Shown here in pieces: positions 30,901 to 64,000 of a DNA stretch of 64,000 nt. The stretch is from Phoronis australis. Its lineage: Eukaryota > Animalia > Phoronida. The stretch is from NCBI GenBank assembly GCA_002633005.1, contig NMRA01000096.1, positions 951,904-1,015,903 of the forward strand, given 5' to 3'. The first letter of the stretch is position 1. Every line of letters starts with the position of its first letter. A model generated the notes under the pieces. It made no database searches, was not told the DNA's origin, and saw only the letters and a list, made by a program, of their open reading frames with translations. A program made the position numbers and the translations under genes.

Positions 30901-33900
30901 TTATTTGAGACCATACTCGGTTCATAAATTGACACAAGATAACGTGTGAGTATGTTCTAGAAGCAGCAATGCAATGTCAGTTCTTTTGGCTAATATTGAC
31001 TTTCAGGTATTCGAAGTGCGGTCCCTGGTGCCGTGTGTTCGAATACGTCTTGGCTGGTGGGGATTGATCTCGGGTACATGACGTTGTAGCCGATAACAAC
31101 ATTTTAAACTATTATGCATACACTAGGTATCTAAAGCCACTCGCACCTGTAGTCCCGTTATGAACTCTTCTCTCGTAAGACTCATGCTCTGGTCCTTGTC
31201 CAAACTCTTGAACAAGTCCATCAACCTCAGGTTCTTCTCTGACATGAAGATGAGCAATATCTCTAGAGGGTCGGCGTCGTTGAAAATGAAGATATTCTCT
31301 TCAAGTTTCTTCCCTTTGGTTACTGATCCTACGATCACGTCGAATGTTTGCCTCTCTTTGATTTGATCGACTACTTCCATGAACTCTTCCATAACTATGT
31401 AACCCTGGAAAAAGTCGGAGAAAATTACTACGGTAATGCCTGGTGTGCGGTGTCATATTGCTGCACATACCGAGCAATAGGAGAAGAGATGCGTCTGTCA
31501 ATGATCTGCGCTGTCAGACTAAAACCGGCAGTTGAGGTTAAAATCGTAATACAAGTCGTACTTGTAATCCGCTTCCTCACATGACTTCGAATTAAATTTT
31601 GTTACACAATTTTTAAAAATCGGCAAAACCATACACATGCGAAATCCAAGTTTTAGTTGCTGATGTTAAAATGATACGCACTTGCGAGTCAAACTTGGTT
31701 ACGGATACTAAAATGATGTAAATACATACTGTAGAAACTGAATTGTTTAAAGGAAACATCTTTTGGTTGACTGGTGAAACTCATTTTTTGATCTTGATCA
31801 GCAGTTAGACAAGGAATACCTTGAACCGAACATGCTTTTCCTATTTCTAAACAGCATCACGCGAATAAAGTGTTTTATTTATATAATGTTAAAGCCATGG
31901 TCTCGTGTACTTACGTTCAGATCAAGTAGCTGCATAGTTGACTCGCTGTTGGCTAATATTGCGTTGGCCAGGGCAATTGCACCGTCGTATAGTACAGGGT
32001 TGTTACTCAGCTGTAATGCAGACACGAAAAACATTATTTGATTATCCGACATTACTGCAATATCGTATGAGTGTTTTTCAAATGTTACGGTAAAAGTTCT
32101 TCGGTTGCGGACAAAATAGTTATTTAGAACTGCCATTTTCTAAGTTTGAAAGTTTTTGCCGAATGTTGTCCGAGGACAGATGAGTAGAATAATCATTACA
32201 ACGAAGTGAAACTTTTCAAATAATTATTGTGCTTGAGAATCGTAACAAAATGGAATACCATTTTTGTGCCCTGATTTATCATACTTCAAAGAGTATGTAT
32301 TTATTGTGACCGTTCTCGTGTTTGTGCCCCAGAATACTTCACCTTTCACTTAATTTACCTTTAATTTCACCAGTGTCGTGTTTTTCTTGAGCGCCTCAGC
32401 CAAGTCAATCACTGCTCCCGTTGACATTCTGTTATTATCCAGATTTAGATCTTCTAATGTACAGTTATGTACGAGTGCCTGACCCATCATCCGGGCACCT
32501 GCATCTGCTAGTCCGTTCATGTGAAGATCCAGTTCCTTGAGACGGACATTGACCTGTTGTACAAAAAAGACCGTGCGCCATCCGGAATCACTTCTAGTGT
32601 CCGAAATTGGAATCATCGAATACACCTATTTCCATTGTAACGTCTACATTATGAATCATTTGTATTTTTCTTGGTCTCTTTTCATTTACAATTATAAAAT
32701 AATTTTATCTTTCCATCTGGCTGTGTCTGCCTGCTTGTAGTCGTGTCTGTCGCGTCTGTATGGTAGCATCACTTGAATGCGACAAACCTTACACTTTCGT
32801 AGGCTCTACACGAATGTTGCATGATTTGTATCGTTTCTTGAAAGAGATAATGATATCACAGTACATAAAAGCATTCTGTTAGCACTGTTTGGAAGCTTTT
32901 TTGATGATGAAATAGTGATCCCCAAATTGACATCATTATGCTCGTTATTCATTGGCTGATCTAGAATGCCGTTAGAGGTGACAACCACAATGGAATTGTT
33001 CGCGCAAGACCTAAAAGGGCTTGTTGGTCGTGGGCCTCCTAAATCTAAACCCACATTTGTAATGAAAAATGTTTGCAACAATAGTGTGAAGTATCGTCAT
33101 ACTTACAGCGACACCTTTGGCAATTTCAAGAGCACCTTGCAGACGAATATGATTCCAACTCAAATCTAGTACTTCAAGGGTATCGTTTGATGCTACAGTA
33201 GAAGAAAATAGCATATTAATTTGAGTTTTTACAAATATTGATATGAATCGAATTTTATGAAAATTAAAGTTCACATTCGCCGATGCTGGTGTTATTTACA
33301 TAAGCTGAAATCGCGAAGAAAATACTTACCTATTGCGGGACCAAGAATGCAAGCACCGTGTGATGAAAATTCGTTTTTACTCAGCTTCAGCTCGCGTAAA
33401 TGGATGTTTTGCTGAAAGAAATGAAATTTTCTTAGAATTTTTGTTTTGAAAATGTTTGTATCTTTATTCTTGAAAGGTGTTGAAACACCTCTTGTAATAA
33501 ATGCGGGTTTTTGCTTCACATTAGGTTTTCGTTTCAAGATTACTAGATTATTAGGTTTAGAGTTAAGAGCCATAATTATACCTTACCTCCAATATTTCAG
33601 CGAAATGATAGGCGTCTGTATCTTTAAATCCATTTTCTGCAATAGTTAATGCAATGCATCAAGTTTGTTCTCAATGTCATTATAAAGTTTTAGTAGCAGT
33701 TCTAATAAATTTTAAATTGCTGTTATACACGCGATAAGAAATATATTGCGTGATTGGTTCATTTGTTTTTCTTAACAGCACCTTATCAGGATCACATTGC
33801 TCTGTTGCACTGTTTACACGTCATTATGTTTTTATTCAGCCTATTTCTAAAGGCAATTGAAGTGAATTTAAGTGTGAAAACTTTATGTAATTCATATTGC

Positions 33901-36900
33901 TCAACATGTGTTATTCATATCAAACTTGATTTATAACTTCAAGATACAACAAACGTAGAAACTTATTACATGTTTGAATCTAGAATAAATAATAGTGCTT
34001 GTTTATCTAAACATGTATTCTAAATAAGACTGACATTTACTGTAATATTATTATAGCAGTACCCCCAAATTAAGTGTTTTACACTTAACATGGTCAGCTG
34101 TTTTCATATTGCTATGATAAATATATTGTCACAAAGAAATAGCAACATCATTAAAATCTATTTACTTTTAGAGAATTTGTGAACTGAACGAAAGCAGCGT
34201 AGGGGATACTCCACGAAAATATGGCGTTATAAAAATGACTAAATTTGGGTAACTTTGGAACATCATAACTTAGAAATGACTGATCGGATTCATATTGAAA
34301 TTTCTGAATTATACTATGCTTTATGACCTGTTTCTCAAAAACGGTGTTAGGAATTGTTTTCAAAATGTTTCACTTTTCCATGAGAGCCTAGGAAAAATAG
34401 GACTCATATGATTTTCACGAAAAATCTTTTAAGCTTCATAAAACGAAAACGTTTAGAAAACTGTAGCATACTCCCGTCCTGCAACATTTTAATCAATGAA
34501 AAACGGTGTCTGTCTGTAAAAGTTATCAAATAAAACAATTTGGTGAGGCGAGCGGCATCACCCTTCAATAGATGTAGGTCAAATTGCGAAGAACGCTGAT
34601 GTCTGGGCTTTTAAATTAATAGCTCGTGATAAGTGAATTTGTTACTACTATTTTAAAAGCACGAGTAATAATACCGTAGTTATGATTTTAACACCAAATA
34701 TTTCTGTTAACACAGTACTAATTTGCTATGAATTCAATAATAATACATAATGCTAACATTATTATGCTCATCATCACCACTAAGTTAAAGCTACATTGAG
34801 TGCTGCTTCGGTAATATGACTGTTACCTTGGGACACCCGGTTCCACAATTATTTTTTGTTTTGATTTAATTTTGGTATGCGTCACCTAGTTCCGAGTGTG
34901 AAATGAGGTAAGTTAAAAATTCCTGGATGCCATGCTGTGGTCAGAATAGAGCTCATGTGTGTTATTTTTGGCGAGTAAACAAAGCGCTCCATTCTTATTT
35001 AGTTGGACATTTTTTATTTTCGATGCAACGCTCAATGTTGCTTTCGTTTTATAATCATCATCACCATCAGGTTCATCATCGGAATTGTTATTATTGTATT
35101 TATTTCTATATGTAGTTTGTTATTGTTGCCATATGTTTCGTGAAGACTCACCGGACAAGTTAACTTTCCTGACGGTTGTGTTGCTGCAGAACGCATGGCA
35201 GATGTGTACAGCACCCTCGCTACCGATGTTATTGCACGACAGATCCTGAACAAAATAAGTGGATGCACTTAGTGAAGAATTGTATTCACATTACATTCAT
35301 TTACATTCTACAAGTGTTGAAATTAACCGTGTAATGTCACAGTGGTCAAAAATCTATGTGTTACCACGAAATACTATTTTCAAGGCATGTTGAGTAAGTC
35401 AGATTTTCATAAAACTCAGTGACGCTTTTCTTATAGCACGTTTAAGCTATATTACCATACTATCGCGACCAGCTCTATAATTATTGCAATGCCAACACTT
35501 TTAATGGAAATGAAGGCGCTGGATTGCGCAACATTATATTTACCGGGTTAGCTCATCAGTCTCGCAACTTTACAATCCACGCTTATTCATTATCATTTCA
35601 TTCAGTCTTCACGGCTAGGTCGCCTTAGGTTAATTGAATTAAATTTTAGTAAACGGAGAATCAACACGGCGACATACTTACAATTTCGGTAATATAACAG
35701 TTATAGTCCAACATGGCGGAGAAATACTTTGCTCCTTCGGCGTCCAACATGTTAGCACGCAAGTTACACTTTGCAATATTGGTATTCATCTAAAAAGATA
35801 TAATGTAGGGTATTTTTAGGTTGTATTGAATAGCGATGCAGAGTTAAACATGGTTATAAACTGTAAACGACCAAACCGGCCGGCAGCTCTGTACAATGCT
35901 ATAGAATTGCGACTATAGTTGAATATGGATCATTGGTTACCGTAATTATTGTTCGTGAAACAAGCCTGTTTTTGTTATTACACTGCAAGAAGATGGGCTC
36001 CAAACAATTTCAAAAACATCATTATGCACTCGGTAACTCAAGTTGTTGAATCAAGTCTACAGAATTGTTTGCCTAAATGCCCAGTTGACCGATTTTTCAA
36101 TATAATCCCTTTTGGCAGTCTTTATAAATAGTACGCCATGTTTAACAAATGAAATGTATTCGTTCTTTTTGTACGCTTCGAAAAGAATTGTTCTGTTAAT
36201 AGTCGGTTACTCACAGTAGATAAAAAATAATGAATGCTTGCAACACAGTTGCCAGATAAAGAAAAAAGAAAAATCAGGTCACGCAAATGCAAAGGACTAA
36301 CTTGTACTTATCGTTTGGTGGAAACCGGAGTATAAATTTTGGGTCAAAGGAAGCGCCGCGTGGCAGCGCTCCGTCAATGAAACTGTAGTTTAATTTAGGC
36401 CACTTCTACCCCTACAAAATATGTCTTAGTTTCTTCCTTACTCATATGTGAAGTGGTTTTTGACCTTTCAAAGAATTGCCATCCCATTATTCTTTGAGGC
36501 CGTGCTCAGGGAATAAAATGACATGCTGTGACAAATCAACTTGTAGAGCCTCGTTTGAAGCCATTATCAAGCGTCAGTTTTGCCCAAGTCTAGAAACCAC
36601 GCTTATTTTGACTAAGGAACAAATTGAGGCCGATTTCATAACCGTAAGTGATTTAAATGAGACATTAGTTTTTGTGACGGAAGGTTGCTTTATAGTCGCT
36701 TCAAAAGTAAACCGCGTGTCCAATGAATGTATGCTATTGAATGGTCAGTGATTGTAAACATGAAGTAACGTTAAAATTCCATTTATACTTGACACCTGCG
36801 TTGTTAGAGATTCTGGAAAAGAATTCATGTAAAAGTGGCAATTAGTTTTCAGTTGGCTGGTACATTCATTTACAATTCGTAAATCCTTTATAACGCCATT

Positions 36901-39900
36901 TGATGACCGTTAATCTGTAAGGCTGAATAGGTGGTCGGTACCCAGTAAGGGCCTAGTATGTCAATGTCCACCCACAGCGTTAGTCTGATAAGTGGTTTAG
37001 ACTAAAGGATTAGAACAGCAATACAGCGGTTTTCCTTTATTACTTACTGAGTGCCTACTAGGCTGAGATGTCTGTAAAACTTTTGGATAAAGATACAAAA
37101 AGTCTCAACCCAATTATCAGCGTTTGTATTTAACTCCCAGGGAGAAGTTTTGATATCGTGAACTTTTTGTTGAAGTCTTGATACCTTACGACCTTGTCCT
37201 GTATCGGTAACCAACACCGTTAGGGTATTTTAATGGCCCTTTTTGTTTTTCATGCCACGTTCACTTTTCTGTAAAGCATTACTGAAGTTCTGTTTGACAG
37301 CCATTAAACATGTTTCAAAGGTCAAATACAGATCGAAGTATATCCATTATGGATCACTGAAATACAAATATAATTCCAATTTTTGTGTCGTGTCACCCGA
37401 CCGAGCAAATAGTCATTCTAATTTCGTGGATTTTAGGAAACGCGAAGTGGTCAAATTCGAAAGTGTGTGATTTAAATAGCTGTTGGGAAGACAGTGACAG
37501 TGGTTTTGGCTCTCAACTGTGAATCCCGAGAACCTTTTTCAATGGAAGGTACTGAACTATAAGTATTGCACTAATTGAATTTTACTCCTTGAGCTTGTGT
37601 GTGTCAAAAGGATGTTAAACGTCAGTGCTCAGTGACGGACGAAACTTTCCTAGTTTTAAGCAGATCATTCTATCATCGATTGAGAAAGCGGGTCCCATTT
37701 CCTGGTTCCATGTTTTTTGACCCTTTTCCGGTGTCACATTCTTTTCTATCCCAGTCCAAATAAATCTATATTCCCGAAACAAGGTATTTTCGCCCGCATT
37801 TCCAGAATCACGGTCACAAAAAGGGCCCGATCACGATTACCGAAAACGCCTTTATCATCGCAATACACGGAGTTTTAGTATAATGACACATGGCGTGTAA
37901 GAAGACTAATAATTCTTACTTATCAACAGCACAATTATATAATGAATATGGTTTTATTTGTATGGACTTACCGCGAGCGGCGAGGCCATGGCCCTTGCAC
38001 CTTTCGGACCCATACCTCTATATTGCATGTTAAAGGTCTCTGATTCAATGTTTCTCAGAAAATATGTAACAGGAATGATGTTGAGGGCTTGACACAGCTT
38101 GAGATACAACTTCTCCCCTCGAACATCAGGATCTATCGGCCCAGGATCTGCAAATTTATGGAATTTCGGTTTGGTAAACAGGCAAAACTAAAATGGATTA
38201 AAATGCTTTTTCCCTAAACTTGTAAGTGGGTTTTTTAAATGCGACTCTTACATGTATCTAAGTAATGAAATCAGGGCTTGGAATAACCAATGACAAAAAG
38301 GAGGAAAAATTCCCACGTCATGTATCGTTCCATAACGTAGGCTTGCGTGATAGAAAATATTTTGTGTTGTAAAAATTAGCTGAAATTAACGTTTTTGCTG
38401 CATTAGAAAAGTCAAAATAATGATAAAATAGAGAAAAAGGGAAACTGGAAATCGAATAAGAGGAAATTTCAACCAAAAATGAGAAAATCCTCTTAAAAGA
38501 GGAAAATTCCAAGCCCTGTGAAATATGTTCACAAACTGTTGTAAACGCTTTTTAGAGAAAATTGAAAGAACTTGGTCTTCAATCGTGTTCAAGCAATAGA
38601 ACCGGTCAAACAGAGATTACCGGGCTCCTCTAGGTCAGTGTCGTATTCGTCACTGTCAAACGTGTAGTCTGCGAAAGCTATCGCCCGGTATCCAGCCTTC
38701 CGTCGGTTCTCTTCTTCGTCCGAGTCGTAACCTTGGGAACACATGAAATACGCTTGAGAACACAGGTGGTCATATGTAAATGATGTGACTTTTAAAAAGT
38801 TTAATCATATTCTAATCTCTCTTTTTACTAAGACACGTCTACAGATTTCCATGTAATTATTGAAATTAGACATTTTCACACATTTAATCTGTAAATAAAT
38901 ACTGTAATGGGTAAATCCCAATTTTAGCACTGAAACTTTTGCTGCCGGGCTTGTTAACTCTTCGAGTTCCTGAATTGTGTGAATGTGACAGTATTGCTTA
39001 AGATTTACATCTTCACACGTTCTTAAATCATACGGAAGTCCGAAATATTCAGTAGCGGGGTTTCGCCTAGGCTTCACAATAACACAATTAGCAAAATCAT
39101 GACAGGTACAACAGAGTATTGGCCCACAAATCGGACACTAATTATAATTTATAACTTTATTGTTGGATGGGGTAGACTTCGCGAAGTTAATTTCTGCCGT
39201 TGCATGTCTGCTGGGATTTGGTGTAACCTCAGAGCGTTAGGCCGAGACCGCAGAAATTCCCAATTCAGTTGAGCAGTTATTTTCGTCCCGATAATGCCCC
39301 TTTGATTTGACTAAAATCAACTTAACAATGCCAAAAATGTGTCTTGATTTGAGAAAAAGGGTAAATCCTCGGCTGCAACAACTCACCTAAAGATTCTGGC
39401 GTCGTTGTCTCTTCCTCAATGGTCATGAACGCCGAGGCGGGCTTATCAGTCACCTCAACTTGTGACTCGGGTCTCTCTAGAGTGGCTTCCGTTGAGGGAC
39501 GCGTGGGAACATCGGTTAGGAAAATGTTTGGTGTCTGGCTCTGTCGATCAATCATTAGTCGAGAAGAGGACAATCCGGCGCGTGAAGCCGCGCTCGGCTT
39601 CCGAGAGTTCACGAGTATATCCGTTTTGTGTGTTTCATTGCCGCTATCCCCGTGGAACAAATCTGCGTGTAGAATTTCAACTGGAATGTTTTTTGATGGG
39701 TCGTCATCTAACCCCTTAGCCCAGTAGTCGTGTAATCCAGGGGGTGCGGTACTCATACGGGGCGGATCCCCACTACTGTCACTTTCGATCCCAGCTCTCG
39801 TGTGAGACTGAGAGGTATGCAATAGATTCTTGTATCGGGCTAACATCTTCTGGCGAAGTTCTTTATCCTCTGGTATATCCATGAACGAGTTGTCTTGTTT

Positions 39901-39981
39901 TCCTTCGGGATGACTTTCATCTCTTTTCTCAGACGACTCCATCCCCGGAGGGTCTTCTTTGATGGGTTCAAATACTTCCAT
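27964..39981 (-). CDS. LRRC74-like leucine-rich-repeat (RI-like) protein with C-terminal EF-hand pair, 13 coding exons
   Basis: Minus-strand exons are 39981-39387, 38731-38621, 38147-37972, 35789-35682, 35245-35152, 33636-33587, 33411-33330, 33192-33107, 32553-32359, 32010-31915, 31404-31147, 30219-30134 and 28279-27964 (TAG), with compatible phases. The LRRC74-type cap is DEYDTDLE...LYLKLCQALNIIPVTYFLR...YRGMGPKGARAMA. LRRs include LEVLDLSWNHI, LKELDLHMNGL and LEDLNLDNNRM. EF loops are DKDQSMSLTREE and DKDGDGEIDLAE. The start codon is uncertain (alternative ATG at 40017). Confidence 0.85.
34220..34410 (+). repeat. Dispersed interspersed repeat, copy 3
   Basis: TATAAAAATGACTAAATTTGG..CTTTGGAACATC..AGAAATGACTGATCGGATTCA..TGTTAGGAATTG..AAAAATAGGACT matches copy 1. 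Confidence 0.65.
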
Positions 39982-42900
39982 ATCTCTTTCTAACGACTGA
40001 ATGGTTGTAGTAATCATTAAATAAGTAATCACTACATTGAACCCAACTCATAGAGGGGGTACGCCTCGTGTCAGCCAATTTCCTATAACTTCACCTGACC
40101 GGAATATTCACAACTAACGCTTTCCTGTTCTCTATTTCCCATTTCCTACCACTCAATTCACCAACTCTCAGGAGGCAACGTAGTCTCTTCAATTTGTTGC
40201 AGCTACTTTAAACTCCCGTTCTCCAGTGTTGTCAAGTTTAACTCCTAACCTGTCATTTAACGTGCTTTTGTTGTTGTTACTATCCCGTTGTAAACATGGT
40301 CAATGTTGGTAGACAACACCTCAAGTACTGTTTTAACACATGGCTTGCTTTATGTAATGCGCTGGCTCGCGTTTTTTGTTGTCGTTTATTCTGTCAGCGA
40401 CCGGTTAGCTGTTCAGCGTTAATGAGGCGCATAGTTCAAAGAATAGCTAACGGGTATTTGTAAATAGTGAACAAGCTTATTCTTTTCTTATGCATCCGCC
40501 AAGGTGTGTATAAAAGAAGTAAAGAAATAAAGAGAAAAGTTGCTTGAATACGTTCGTACCAGCCGTGGCTTCGATCTTAAGATTAGCTTGTTTTGTTAGC
40601 ACGAGAAATAAAGAATTTAATTAAAGAACTATTTGCGTACCATAATAACTTGCCAATAAGTGTGCAACAACGCTTCTGCAATTTGTTTGTTTATTTTTCA
40701 CGCATGTCTGGAGCAATTCAATCACTAGTAAATCCAAGCTTCTCCTGGAGCGAGTTTGAATAAATATGAACGTTTTTATTAAAACTTTTTATCGTTACCT
40801 AACTAGACCTGTTCAGTGCATTCATTATCATTTGCTAAAAATATGCAGTAACAAAGAATGCCCGTTTGTTATAGCTGAGTCTGGACGGCACCCAAGTAAA
40901 AAAACACGCCAAGTAAGATTGTCAAATGTAAGACGCGATTACAAATTTGTCTATTGTCAATCTCGGGTTCAACGACGGAAATTGCTGTAGGACTTAAGTT
41001 AACGATGTGCTTACTTCTATGTGTATGGCGAAGCCTTAGGATTTAAAAACACATCTATTGTAGGCTCAGTTTTCTGTTATTACTTGTAATTCCAATTGTT
41101 TGTCTATGTCTTCATTTATCTGTTTCTTCACTTGTGTTACTTATGTGTGGAGGGCCCTTTTGGAATATCAGTATCTCAAAATAACAGGTGTTACAAATAT
41201 CACACAAATGACTAACAAATAAATTTGAAAAATTGAACCAAATCTATTATGACACTTGTTTAATTTTCTGAGCTTAAATTTTGTCAACTGGTTAACTGAG
41301 TTTAGACAACGTAAATGTACGATGCGGTAAAATAAAGATATTAAATGAAGTCCCATGCAGCGGCCTCTTTGAAAAGCATTGTTTTGGGCTGGAATCCCTT
41401 GTTGTTGTTTATTAATACACGATAAAAGAATACACCGAGTTGAATGAGATTCTCCCAACAGGAAGAATCACCGTGGATAATTCGATTTATTCCAGTTTCA
41501 AAATTGCGATTATTTAATTAGCGCTGCGTGAGTCATGACCCGAAAATACATTGTGATAAAAAAGAACTGACCGTGATAGAGTGCAATGCTGACAAGGATC
41601 TACATTGAAAGTTTTTAAATATATTTCTATTATCACAGTAAAACTTAAAACTGTAAATTTTAGTGATGTTCTCAACTACAAAGTTTAAGCGAACAATTAC
41701 ACTATAAAGACATACAGATGATTCATTATAGTGCAAGATACATAATTCATATCGCCAGGGCCACTTAAGTTGGTGTACGACATCAACATCTTTACTACAG
41801 ATAAGAGCAGTACTGATATCACATGGATTCTCAGGCTGGATAGGCCACAGAAGTTACTCGACAGAAAACAAAGCAATTTGACAGAAACATATCTGAAATC
41901 TTTTGCTGTGCTAACATAAAAGCGAATCCAAAGTGAATAGTTATTCAATTAAGAGACAACTTAGTAAACTAAGAGATAACAAGACCAATTTGAAAACCAT
42001 GTCATTCCTGGCACTAACACTGGGTCTGAGTGATTTTTGAGCGATGACAGGCAGACCAGTAGACCAAAACAAATCCAAACAAATGAACAATTATGACAAA
42101 TTACAATATTGTGGTAATGCACAAGTTTGATGAAAATGCAGAAGAACCTGACCTATATATGACTTTACGTCCGAATAACCAAGGACTGCGCTTGAGTTGT
42201 TCACGTTTCATATAGAGTGGAGTATTTTTATTTTTCTTCAACAAGATTTTCAAATGTCGCATGTAAATTATTAGTTGTTTTTGTTCTCATTATTCATAAG
42301 TTGATAAAGTGTTTATCAGTTGAAATTTTAACCTTTCTGTTTAGTCCATTCAGTGAATTTTATTTTATTAGTGAATTGAACTTTTTCCCATAACCAAATT
42401 GTTTTCTCTTTAGAAATGTCAGAATTTAGCTTTTTTCAGAGAAATGTAGCTTTTCTGATTTTAGGCGTGTTCCCTGCAACAGAATATAAAATAAAAGAGT
42501 AGGAAACAACCAGATGACCACCGGGGACTGATACTTTTAAGGCCAGTGGATACTTTGATTTGACGTTCTAAGAATCAAACAAAAGTGCGATTTTATAGCT
42601 GATCAAGACTTAGTGAGAGAGGATATGATTCTTTGGGAGTTTGCCACCATTTCCTGTCATCATAGCGTGGACCTCATTTTGTATTACTTTTTTGCCATCA
42701 TCTGATCCTCTCCTCTGTGTGTGATAAGATCTCCTTGAGAAACAATTAAGTTTCACGTACAGATAGGCAAACTGTTGTTTACAGCTATATTTACTTTTGG
42801 TTGTCTTCAATTCATTAAGTACAGAAAATAAATCAAATACCCTGGATGATTTAGAACAGGCACTAACGAAACACAAATGAATTACCAATTAGTGATTGCA

Positions 42901-43420
42901 TACCCAGTTAATGTTAAGTAAACTTAATTGAAGAGTATTTATTTATAGGTACGTTGTACGGCAACTGCTCTACAGTTTCGCACAGATTTAAATAATTATA
43001 CTTTCAAGAACTTGGGCATGCGAAATATGAAGAAAATCTCGTAAAGCAACTGAAGCTCGCGTTTTATACATTCGTCAACAACTTTTATTGCAATTTCTAA
43101 ATACTCAAATCGCATTCGTATCAAGCAGCATTTGCTAATTGTGTTCACACTATCGTATTTATCTCTTAGTCTCTTTGGCACTACATCTCAGCAATAAGTA
43201 TAGGCAAAACAACGGATGGCACGGCGTGCATGGCACGGCGTGGATGGCACGGCGTAGATATGTTGCTGGGACTAGAAGCCTAATGACATCAACGTAGGTC
43301 CTCGTGATAACTCCTCGCTCTTGAAGTATAACCCTTGTCATTCTGAAAGGTTCTGTGTGCCAGATAGCTATCTGAACTCTTAGGCGCTCGTGACCCATGT
43401 GTATAGCTGTCAACAGACAA

Positions 43421-63478
<20,058 letters not shown>

Positions 63479-64000
63479 CTGAAACAGCAAAGACCACCGT
63501 CACGTTGACTTAACTGGGCCTGCGTGATTTCTACAGAGATAAAAACTGTTCGGAACGGAGCAGAACTCTGTGTAAAGTAAAGTTAAAATTTGATGACAGA
63601 TTAAACAATTGCTATTCCGATGTAGTTATTGGAAGCTTGAAATTCATGAGAAGCAAAATATAATTACTGAAATCAACTTCAGGGGCAGAACTCCATCGTT
63701 TCACGCGTGTAGTCAACATATTGGCTTTTGAGCAGCACCCTATGCACAAACTCTGACCTCTGTTATCAATTAACCAAAAAAAAAAACACAAACGTTGGAA
63801 CAAAGTAATTCAATCGTTTTCATGAAGAATTTAAAATTTGAAAATCCATACAGAATTGTGGAAATTTTCAATATCATGAAATATACTTTAGTTCCAGCCT
63901 CGACTGACATAAAAAAACAATGAATCGCGGAAACTGTAATTAGCATAGACTGATACACGCCCATAGCAGGAGTACTGTTTGGTAACGCGCAGTTTCGCAG

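Overview
AT-rich, intron-containing eukaryotic DNA from a metazoan, probably an invertebrate. It is not prokaryotic, and most entries in the ORF track are spurious or exon fragments. Reading splice sites by hand gives five spliced genes: NAA20 (+, 5' exon not found in the window, contains a U12-type intron), ALDH9A1 (-), GFM2 (+, head-to-head with ALDH9A1), an LRRC74-like LRR plus EF-hand gene (-) and an ABCC5/11/12-family transporter (-, 5' end beyond the window). Introns carry MITEs, a tRNA-headed SINE family, an L1/Tx1-type LINE 3' fragment, a minisatellite and a repeat family with CTCF-like motifs. The most unusual signals are an approximately 240-aa Ser/Thr-rich mucin-like insert with a furin-type RLRR site in an extracellular loop of the ABCC transporter, degenerate copies of the ALDH9A1 C-terminal coding sequence in its own 3' UTR, and a repeat-borne array of CTCF-like motifs. 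A 0.92-kb tandem duplication across an 'n' is most likely an assembly artefact. All family assignments come from motif recognition; no database search was run.
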